From NCBI GenBank assembly GCA_964247135.1, contig CAXTTL010000049.1, forward strand, positions 1 through 23,346: a stretch of DNA of 23,346 nt, given 5' to 3'. Positions 16,716 through 23,346 of this stretch are shown in pieces. The translations under genes and the position numbers were made by a program. The notes under the pieces are model-generated. The model searched no databases. It was not told the DNA's origin and was given only the letters and a program-made list of their open reading frames with translations. Origin of the DNA: an uncultured Deinococcales bacterium. GTDB taxonomy: Bacteria > Deinococcota > Deinococci > Deinococcales > JAAFIG01. Position 1 is the first letter of the stretch. The number at the start of each line of letters is the position of its first letter.

Positions 16716-18028
16716 CGCGTGTCTGGCGGCAAATTATCCAAATACTCGAGCACCCCTCGGGAAATGCCATACGCGATTCGGTCCAGATAATTTGAATCTT
16801 TGAGTTGCGCACCCTCGATGGGATGCGTGACAAAGCCCATCTCGACCAAAATGGCGGGCGCGGTGTTTTCTTTGATCACCAAATAATCGGCGGTTCGCAC
16901 GCCACGGTTTAAACTGGCAGTCGCACCAAGAATATTGGAAAGCACGCTGGACGCCGCCTTCAAGGACGCTTGACTGCGCTGCGCTTGGTCAACACCCCTC
17001 GCCGACGGACTCGAGCTGGGATTTAAAGCCACCGCGACGGGACGGGTTGCAGTTGGCGGTTCAACATTGACGTTGCTCGAGTTTGGTACGGCGCTTGAAG
17101 CGTCAATCACATTGGTTTCGGGCGAGCTTGGCGCACTGGCATCAACGACATCGGGCACACTTGCCTCTGCTGTGCTTGGACTGACACTCGAGGTCGTCTC
17201 AGGCGAGGCTTGAACTTCAGGTACGCTGAGGAGCTTGGGCGGATTGGCTGGGGTCACATACACTGGCGCTTGAGATTTTTTATTGAAATAATAGACTTCA
17301 GTCCCGTAATTGGTCATGGCGTTCGAGGCTGGACGCGCATTGGCGTGAATGGCGACAAACAAATCCTTGCCCTTCGCCAGATCGGCTCGAGCGCGAAGAT
17401 CGAGTTGCTTGTTGTCCGAAAACACCGTGTTATCTGATCGCGTCATGGTCACTTCCACGCCAGCCTCGGAGAGGGTTTGCGCCACTCGAGTTGAAACACT
17501 TAAATTCACTTCGGATTCTTGCACCACCCCTCGAGCGCCAGGGTCGGTGCCGCCGTGTCCAGGGTCAACCACCACACTGAAGGTTCGAGCGAGGTTCTCG
17601 GGTTTAAAAGCAAAAGGTTCGACCATGCCCAGCGGCGAGGTATCCGAAAAAGCCCCCGAAAGGTCAATCACGACCCTCGAGCCGGTCTTGCCCTCGCCCG
17701 CTGGCAGGACTTGCAAATGCCAACCCGAACGTGAGGTCACGCCCTGCGGCGTCACCAGGGTCAGCACCCCAGATTCAGCGTTTTGCTCGAGCGTGTAGCC
17801 CAAAAATTCGGGATACTTGTATTTTTGAATATCCGCCACCACAATGCCACCAGGAAAAATGATCCTCATGGCGAGCAAATTGAGTTCAACACGGTACGCG
17901 GCATCGCTTGGCAGATCGATCACGACCCTCGAGTAACCAGGGTACTTTCCGATGCGCGGCGCGGGGATGCTCGAGGCAAGTGCGAGGCTTGAACTCCACA
18001 ACACCAACAATAAAATCAAGATTCGCAT
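16712..18028 (-). CDS. N-acetylmuramoyl-L-alanine amidase (signal peptide, AMIN-like domain, Amidase_3)
   Basis: Motifs VVDPGHGG.DPGA, E..VNL, MTRSD, IHANA, GTEVYY and AILVEMGF.T...E. Start revised to ATG 18028 (MRILILLL signal peptide). Confidence 0.92.
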   Translation of the reverse strand: MRILILLLVLWSSSLALASSIPAPRIGKYPGYSRVVIDLPSDAAYRVELNLLAMRIIFPGGIVVADIQKYKYPEFLGYTLEQNAESGVLTLVTPQGVTSRSGWHLQVLPAGEGKTGSRVVIDLSGAFSDTSPLGMVEPFAFKPENLARTFSVVVDPGHGGTDPGARGVVQESEVNLSVSTRVAQTLSEAGVEVTMTRSDNTVFSDNKQLDLRARADLAKGKDLFVAIHANARPASNAMTNYGTEVYYFNKKSQAPVYVTPANPPKLLSVPEVQASPETTSSVSPSTAEASVPDVVDASAPSSPETNVIDASSAVPNSSNVNVEPPTATRPVAVALNPSSSPSARGVDQAQRSQASLKAASSVLSNILGATASLNRGVRTADYLVIKENTAPAILVEMGFVTHPIEGAQLKDSNYLDRIAYGISRGVLEYLDNLPPDTR

Positions 18029-18135
18029 AACACAGCGTACACAAAAACATGAGAATTTGTGTGACACACGGGGCTGTTTTCCTCACAAAGTCCCTCGTGG
18101 TGCCCGAGTATTGTTTCAGAAAGTCGTGTCAGCCA

Positions 18136-18165
18136 TTGACATGTCGGAGAATTCCGACGTATACT
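18136..18165 (+). promoter_or_regulatory. Promoter with a palindromic operator in the spacer (probable ArsR autoregulatory site)
   Basis: TTGACA (18136-18141), 18 nt, TATACT (18160-18165). Inverted repeat GTCGGA-GAAT-TCCGAC at 18143-18158. Confidence 0.75.
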
Positions 18166-18170
18166 TTGAC

Positions 18171-18485
18171 ATGGCTGTGACTGATATCTTCGGCGCGTTA
18201 GCCAACCCTGTACGCCGTCGAATCCTCGAGCTTTTAAACGAACACCCTCGAGCCGCAGGAGATATCGCCTCCGAATTTGAGTTAAACCGTCCCGCCATCT
18301 CTGAACATTTGCAGGTGTTGCGCAATGTTGGACTTGTCAAAGAAGTGCTCCATGGGCGAATGCACATCTACCATTTAAACGCCCCTCCATTATCGGAAGT
18401 GAGTCAATGGTTACACCCTTTTGAACACTACTGGCAACAACGCATCCAAGCCCTCACACAAACACTGAACGAGGAGAAACCATGA
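18171..18485 (+). CDS. ArsR/SmtB-family transcriptional regulator
   Basis: Motif IF.ALANPVRRRIL.LL...AISEHLQVLR..GLV....GR...Y.L. Start revised to ATG 18171 (leaderless). Confidence 0.92.
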   Translation: MAVTDIFGALANPVRRRILELLNEHPRAAGDIASEFELNRPAISEHLQVLRNVGLVKEVLHGRMHIYHLNAPPLSEVSQWLHPFEHYWQQRIQALTQTLNEEKP

Positions 18486-18898
18486 TCGAACCTGGACGAA
18501 TTCAATTGAAACAATTTATCCCGCATCCTCCAAGTAAAGTCTGGGCAGCCCTGACAACACCTGCGCTGCTTGCCAAATGGTGGGCGGCTGGCGATGTGCA
18601 ACCCATTGTCGGACATCGTTTCGTGCTCGACATGGGGGCGTGGGGACAGCAACCCTGCGAGGTTCTGGCAGTAGAATACGAGCACTTGCTCAGTTATTCA
18701 TTCGCGCCAGGAACATTGAACACCACAATCACCTGGCAACTCGAGGCTCAAGGTGAAGGCACACTTTTGTCCTTAGAACACAATGGATTTGATCTGGAGT
18801 CTCCTCTTGGCAAGACTGCATTTGAGGGAATGGGCAGTGGATGGGCAGGAATTTTAGCCCGAATAGAATCGGCAATTACAGCCTCAACAGCAAGCTGA
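18482..18898 (+). CDS. SRPBCC/AHSA1-like domain protein
   Basis: Motif P..KVW.ALT.P.LLAKWW...GT.L.LEH.GF...GW. ATGA-coupled to the ArsR gene, a common pairing. Confidence 0.9.
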   Translation: MIEPGRIQLKQFIPHPPSKVWAALTTPALLAKWWAAGDVQPIVGHRFVLDMGAWGQQPCEVLAVEYEHLLSYSFAPGTLNTTITWQLEAQGEGTLLSLEHNGFDLESPLGKTAFEGMGSGWAGILARIESAITASTAS

Positions 18899-18920
18899 AA
18901 CCCCTCGGCGCCGTTTGGTC

Positions 18921-19109
18921 ACTTGAGCGAACAATATAAACAAAAATTGCCGCTCGAGACAACAAGAATTCAATTTAAGACTTGTGCAACACTTGCTCCG
19001 CTTTGTAACTCGAGCGAACAGTGCTGATAAAAGTCATCGCTCGAGGCGTACCAATTTCGTGATTTAAGTTTTATGCAACACTTGCTCCGCTTTGTAACTC
19101 GAGCGAACA
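18921..19109. repeat. Diverged tandem duplication (units of 87 and 89 bp) including the lipA 3' end
   Basis: 18973-19020 and 19062-19109 match at 45/48 nt. Units are delimited by ACT(C/T)GAGCGAACA at 18921, 19008 and 19097. Confidence 0.9.
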
Positions 19110-19993
19110 AGCGCCCCAGAAACCACCTCGAGAAAACCGAGTTCCATCCCCTCGAGTCTGATCTCGTCAAACTCGTCTGGGGTCACGTACCGCTCGACGG
19201 GCAAGTGGTGTTTGGTCGGGCGCAAATACTGCCCAAACGTCACAATGTCAACCTTGTGCGCCCGAAGGTCGTGCATCGTCTCGAGAATCTCGGCACGGGT
19301 TTCGCCAAGCCCGAGCATCAGGCTGGTTTTGGTGTACACATTGCCAACGGTTTTTGCACCCGCCAGCACTTTTAAAGTCTGGTCGTAACCAGCCCGAGCA
19401 TCACGCACAGGATGGGTCAAACGCCGCACGGTTTCGATGTTCTGCGCGAACACCTCGACGCCAGAATTCACGACCAATGCCACATGCTCGAGGTTGCCGT
19501 TAAAATCTGGGGTTAAGCCTTCGACGCGCACGCCAGGGTTGAGGTCTTTGATGGCGCGAACCGTGCGGGCAAAATGGCTCGCGCCGCCGTCGGGTAGGTC
19601 GTCGCGGTCAACGCTGGTGAGCACCACATACTTCAAACCCATTTTTTGCACGGCTTCGGCAATGTGTTGCGGCTCGAGCGGGTCGAGTCTGCCGTTGGGA
19701 TTTCCGGTGTCCACCGCGCAAAACTTGCAGGCTCGAGTACAGACCGAACCCATCAGCATAAACGTTGCCGTGCCAGCCGCCCAGCATTCGGCAATGTTGG
19801 GACACATGGCTTCCTGGCAAACCGTGGATAGCCCATTTAAATCCACAATGTCTTTGATGCTGCGGTAGCCGATGCCGCTGGGCAGTGCCACTTTCAGCCA
19901 GTCTGGCTTGCGTTCGCGGACACTTTGCGCATCCTGGCGTTGCACGCCGTTGCGAACAACTTGGAAATCGTATTCTCGAGATGGTTTAATCAT
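19064..19993 (-). CDS. lipA: Lipoyl synthase
   Basis: Motifs RKPDWLK, CX4CX5C ([12 protein letters not shown]), radical-SAM CTRACKFC and VRSSY. Start is probably ATG 19993. Confidence 0.97.
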   Translation of the reverse strand: MIKPSREYDFQVVRNGVQRQDAQSVRERKPDWLKVALPSGIGYRSIKDIVDLNGLSTVCQEAMCPNIAECWAAGTATFMLMGSVCTRACKFCAVDTGNPNGRLDPLEPQHIAEAVQKMGLKYVVLTSVDRDDLPDGGASHFARTVRAIKDLNPGVRVEGLTPDFNGNLEHVALVVNSGVEVFAQNIETVRRLTHPVRDARAGYDQTLKVLAGAKTVGNVYTKTSLMLGLGETRAEILETMHDLRAHKVDIVTFGQYLRPTKHHLPVERYVTPDEFDEIRLEGMELGFLEVVSGALVRSSYKAEQVLHKT

Positions 19994-20052
19994 TTTTTGT
20001 CCTTGTCTGGGTTGCAGGCAAGGGCGCATTGCCATGCGCCCCTACGGGGTTT

Positions 20053-20727
20053 TTACGCGTAACTGACTTCTTGTCCTGCGAGTTCCTCGAGCCAATGGTA
20101 ATCCTGAAATTCTATTCTGAAGGCATTCTTGAGCCGATCTCGAGCGTCGTCCATGTCGATTTTGTGATTCAAGAGTTTCTCGAGGCTGGTCATTTTCGTA
20201 TCGGTCAAACCGCATGGCACAATCAATTCAAAGTCCTCGAGTTTGGTGTTGAGGTTGATTGCCAGACCGTGAAGCGCGACGTTTCGTTTGATGGCAACGC
20301 CGATGCTGCCAATTTTGTCGCTGTTCACGTACACGCCAGCGTAACCAGGGTTTGGACGGGCAGAGACACCGTATGTCTCGAGCAAACGAATTTGGACATT
20401 CTCGAGCCGCCGCAAAAAATCTCGGACGCGCCGACCCACAGGAAAAATCGCGTAAGCCACCAACTGCCCAGGTCCGTGATAGGTGACTGTGCCGCCACGT
20501 TCGGTGTTGATGACCTCAATGCCTTGCGCCTCGAGCATGGCTTTGGGGACGACCAGGTTTGTCTCTTCATTGTCTTTGCGTCCGTGTGTCACGACCCTGG
20601 GATGTTCGAGCAAGAGCAAGGTTGGCGGCGTTAATCCACTTGCCACGAGGTCGTGCGTCTGGAGCTGCAATTGGTAAGCATCGGGGTACGGCACAAGTCC
20701 AAGTTGTTTGGTGACAAAACCGTTCAC
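20053..20727 (-). CDS. lipB: Lipoyl(octanoyl) transferase
   Basis: Motifs LLEH..V.T.GR, RGG.VTYHGPGQLV.Y, KIGSIG, HG.A.N and IVPCG. Start is probably GTG 20727 (TAGACT 6 nt upstream). Confidence 0.96.
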   Translation of the reverse strand: MNGFVTKQLGLVPYPDAYQLQLQTHDLVASGLTPPTLLLLEHPRVVTHGRKDNEETNLVVPKAMLEAQGIEVINTERGGTVTYHGPGQLVAYAIFPVGRRVRDFLRRLENVQIRLLETYGVSARPNPGYAGVYVNSDKIGSIGVAIKRNVALHGLAINLNTKLEDFELIVPCGLTDTKMTSLEKLLNHKIDMDDARDRLKNAFRIEFQDYHWLEELAGQEVSYA

Positions 20728-20840
20728 TAGCAAAGTCTACTCTTTGATCGCAGCGTCAAGAGATTTGAGCAATACAATCCGCTCGAGTTAGCAAAATTAC
20801 AAAGCCATTACACCACCGTTTGGCGCTCGAGATTTGAGGC

Positions 20841-20906
20841 TTGACAAATGGGTTGTAAATCACTAAACTCTTCAATCATTAGTGCCATAACGTTTGATCT
20901 CTAACG
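20841..20906 (+). promoter_or_regulatory. Sigma70 promoter with candidate tandem MarR operators
   Basis: TTGACA (20841-20846), 17 nt, TAAACT (20864-20869). Imperfect palindromes CATTAG-N4-ATAACG (20877-20892) and CGTTTG-N4-CTAACG (20891-20906). Confidence 0.65.
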
Positions 20907-20909
20907 ATC

Positions 20910-21476
20910 TTGTTTGAACCGTCCAAAGCGGAGAAAAGAGCGTTTCTGTTGCCAGTTCATGACGATTTTAGCCTGCCCGAACTCGAGGTGATGCGACGTG
21001 CCAGCGGTTTGCCGATAGACGAACTGGCGCTGGCGGTGGCATCCAACATCTGGCGTGCCGCGCAAGGCTTCAAACTCAAAATGGAACGCGAGGTCTTGCG
21101 CGAGCACAACCTCAGTTTCGCCAGTTTTTCGACGCTGTTTATTGTCTGGATTTGGGGTCCAATCGAAACCCGTGAGATCGCCAAATCGCAAGCGGTCAGC
21201 AAAGCCACCGTCACCAGTTTGCTGATCACGCTCGAGAAACGCGGGTTGGTCAAACGCCGCGCCAGCAAGGTTGATCGGCGTTTGGTGATCGTCAAACTGA
21301 CCGATGCGGGACGGACGCTGATCGAATGGTTGTTCCCGAAATTCAACCAGGGCGAAAGCGAGATGGCTTCGGTTTTGACCGCTGATGAGCAAGAAACCCT
21401 GGCGCACTTGCTGCGCAAGATTGTGGCTGGGGTCAATACCGAACTCGAGGATGGAAGGGTGGAGGTCAGCGCATGA
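20910..21476 (+). CDS. MarR-family transcriptional regulator (start uncertain)
   Basis: Winged-helix motif VSKATVT.L...LEKRGLV.R.....DRR...V.LT..G. Confidence 0.92.
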   Translation: MFEPSKAEKRAFLLPVHDDFSLPELEVMRRASGLPIDELALAVASNIWRAAQGFKLKMEREVLREHNLSFASFSTLFIVWIWGPIETREIAKSQAVSKATVTSLLITLEKRGLVKRRASKVDRRLVIVKLTDAGRTLIEWLFPKFNQGESEMASVLTADEQETLAHLLRKIVAGVNTELEDGRVEVSA

Positions 21477-22948
21477 ACACGGTCAAGATTGCTGGCGTTC
21501 AAGTTTCAACCGATCACTTTATCAACAACCAACGCATCTCGAGCAGCCAGACTTTTGAAGCCCACAGCGCGATTGACGAAAGCCTGCTGGGGCATGTGGC
21601 TCGAGGAACGCAACTCGAGGTTGATCTGGCAGTAACGGCAGCCACAAACGCCTTCCAAACGTGGGCGGCACTTGGCGCGAGTGGGCGTTTTGAAATCCTC
21701 GAGCGACTGGCGCACATCATCGAAGCTCGGGTTGAAGATTTGGCGGCGGTGGAAACCATGAACAACGGTTCACTGCTCGAGGCGAGCCGTTTGCGGGTGA
21801 TGAAACGCGGCGGGCACAACATTCACTTTTTTGCGCAAATGGCAAAAGAGTTGTTGACAGACCCCAAAAACGAATGGGACACCGAAGCCGCCAAGAACGC
21901 GCACAACTCGGTTCGTTACGACCCTGCGGGCGTCACGGCACTCATCACGCCTTGGAATGCGCCATTCATGCTGGCAACCTGGAAGGTTGGACCCGCGCTG
22001 GCGGCAGGCAACACCGTGGTTTTAAAACCTGCCGAGTGGACGCCATTCACCGCGTCACTGCTGGCAGATTTTGCGCTCGAGGCAGGTTTGCCGCCAGGGG
22101 TGTTCAACGTGGTGCAAGGCTTGGGCAATGAGGCTGGCGCGGCGTTGGTGGCACACGAGGATGTCAAACGCATTTCGTTTACGGGCAGCGTGCCAACCGC
22201 CAGGAAGATTGCCGCCAGCGCCGCGCAAAACCTGACGCCGCTGAGCTTTGAACTCGGTGGCAAATCGCCGTTTATTGTGTTCAACGATGCCGACCTCGAG
22301 CTTGTAATTCGCAATGCAGTTGACCAATACGACAACTGTGGGCAGGTCTGTCTTTCGGGCACGCGCCTGTTGGTTGAGGCTGGTATTTATGACCGATTCC
22401 TCGAGCAATTTAAAAACGCAGTGAAAAACACCAAACAAGGTGACCCTCGAGAGGCAAGCACCGTCGTTGGTCCACTGGTCACACGGACGCACCTCGAGCG
22501 GGTGCAAGGCTTTGTGGATCGCGCCATAAAAGCCGGTGCGAAGCTCGAGTTTGGGGGAACAGTTTCACCAGATTTGGGAGGCTTGTACTTCCAACCAACT
22601 TTGTTTACCAACGTTCCTGACAGCGCAGAAATTTTAACCAAAGAAGTTTTCGGACCCGTTTTGACGCTGCAAAAATTCTCGAGCGAACGAGAGTTGGTAT
22701 CCCTTGCCAACAACACCGAATACGGACTAGCCGCCATGATCTTCAGCGCCGACCAAGAAAAAGCCGAACGAATCTCGAGTCAACTCAGCGCCGGCACGGT
22801 TTGGATCAATTGCTTTTACGTGCGTGACCTGGCAGCACCTTTTGGCGGCTCGAGGCAATCTGGCATCGGACGTGAGGGAGGACACTGGAGCTTTGATTTT
22901 TACTGCGACGTGAAAAATGTCATGCACCGCAAAAACACTTTCGCCTGA
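21473..22948 (+). CDS. Aldehyde dehydrogenase (resembles hydroxymuconic-semialdehyde/HpaE-like dehydrogenases)
   Basis: Motifs ITPWNAP, KPAEWTP, FTGS, ELGGKSP, catalytic Cys in GQVCLSG, EVFGPV and PFGG...SGIGREGG. Substrate assignment is inference. Confidence 0.93.
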   Translation: MNTVKIAGVQVSTDHFINNQRISSSQTFEAHSAIDESLLGHVARGTQLEVDLAVTAATNAFQTWAALGASGRFEILERLAHIIEARVEDLAAVETMNNGSLLEASRLRVMKRGGHNIHFFAQMAKELLTDPKNEWDTEAAKNAHNSVRYDPAGVTALITPWNAPFMLATWKVGPALAAGNTVVLKPAEWTPFTASLLADFALEAGLPPGVFNVVQGLGNEAGAALVAHEDVKRISFTGSVPTARKIAASAAQNLTPLSFELGGKSPFIVFNDADLELVIRNAVDQYDNCGQVCLSGTRLLVEAGIYDRFLEQFKNAVKNTKQGDPREASTVVGPLVTRTHLERVQGFVDRAIKAGAKLEFGGTVSPDLGGLYFQPTLFTNVPDSAEILTKEVFGPVLTLQKFSSERELVSLANNTEYGLAAMIFSADQEKAERISSQLSAGTVWINCFYVRDLAAPFGGSRQSGIGREGGHWSFDFYCDVKNVMHRKNTFA

Positions 22949-22956
22949 ACCCCAGG

Positions 22957-23042
22957 CACAGGAGGGTCTATGAGCCAACCACAGGAGGGTCTATGAGCCA
23001 ATCACAGGAGGGTCTATGAGCCAATCACAGGAGGGTCTATGA
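22957..23042 (+). repeat. 23-bp tandem repeat (3 full copies plus 1 partial) of RBS and start codon
   Basis: CACAGGAGGGTCTATGAGCCAA(C/T) begins at 22957, 22980 and 23003, with a partial copy at 23026. Confidence 0.95.
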
Positions 23043-23346
23043 ACTCGAGCAACAATTCGCAGCTTGGTCAACCCAAGCTCACGGTACTGGACGCCATTGC
23101 GCAATCCTTGGCAATTGGTCCAGTTTTATCGGCAGGCTTGTTGGCTGGACTGGTCGCGGGTGCGGCTGGCAGCGCCGCGCCGTTGGCGACAATTCTCGGC
23201 GCGATTGGTTCGATCTGCGTCGGCTGGGTGATCGTGCTGTTTGCAAGGCAGTACACGGGCGCGGGCGCCATTTACGATTATGTGCGCCGTTCGGCGGGCG
23301 CAACGCTCGGTTTGTTCACCGCAGGCATGTATTTTATTGGCGCGAT
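23039..23346 (+). CDS. APC-family amino acid/amine permease, N-terminal part (3'-truncated; absent from the ORF track)
   Basis: Hand translation MNSSNNSQLGQPKLTVLDAIAQSLAIGPVLSAGLLAGLVAGAAGSAAPLATILGAIGSICVGWVIVLFARQYTGAGAIYDYVRRSAG... shows hydrophobic TMs and the APC-type 'AG..Y.YV' motif. SD AGGAGG upstream. Confidence 0.85.
   Translation, partial: MNSSNNSQLGQPKLTVLDAIAQSLAIGPVLSAGLLAGLVAGAAGSAAPLATILGAIGSICVGWVIVLFARQYTGAGAIYDYVRRSAGATLGLFTAGMYFIGA

Noticed and set aside
17952-18170. N-terminal extension of the ArsR ORF overlapping the amidase start
   Set aside because: The consensus promoter and operator directly precede ATG 18171, where family similarity begins.
18973-19109. CRISPR-like repeat-spacer-repeat (36-48-bp repeat, about 41-bp spacer)
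   Set aside because: The repeat is lipA coding sequence, there are only two copies, the 'spacers' are homologous to each other, and no cas genes are in the window.
22957-23042. CRISPR array
   Set aside because: The units are head-to-tail with no spacers and consist of an RBS and start codon.
1-23346. CTCGAG excess as a cloning or XhoI ligation artefact
   Set aside because: The sites sit in frame within intact conserved genes in all three frames, with no breaks in homology.
1-23346. tRNA, rRNA, transposase, integrase or prophage genes
   Set aside because: None was recognisable by eye. A tRNAscan/Infernal run would be needed to exclude them formally.

Overview
A mostly chromosomal housekeeping region of about 28 genes, most likely from a Deinococcota (Deinococcales-like) bacterium. 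That assignment is inferred from gene content and the many leaderless TANNNT-N5-7-start promoters. Core genes include rlmH, pyrE, dnaB (with a 414-aa LAGLIDADG intein in the P-loop), lipA/lipB, a PfkB kinase, an ABC exporter and an amidase. Accessory genes include an ApbE/DUF2271/PepSY-TM operon, a VapBC-like pair, an orphan HicB-like gene, ArsR-SRPBCC, and the start of a MarR / aldehyde dehydrogenase / APC permease operon. Four signals are not explained by the genes. (1) The palindrome CTCGAG occurs about 168 times by hand count, versus about 6 expected. (2) A stand-alone transcript of about 180 nt (about 2825-3004) begins with 17-21 nt of complementarity to the 16S rRNA 3' end and has a second SD just before a stop codon. 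(3) Two diverged versions of the lipA 3' end are joined in tandem at CTCGAG-containing junctions. (4) A 23-bp RBS+ATG tandem repeat creates a chain of ATGA-coupled minigenes.
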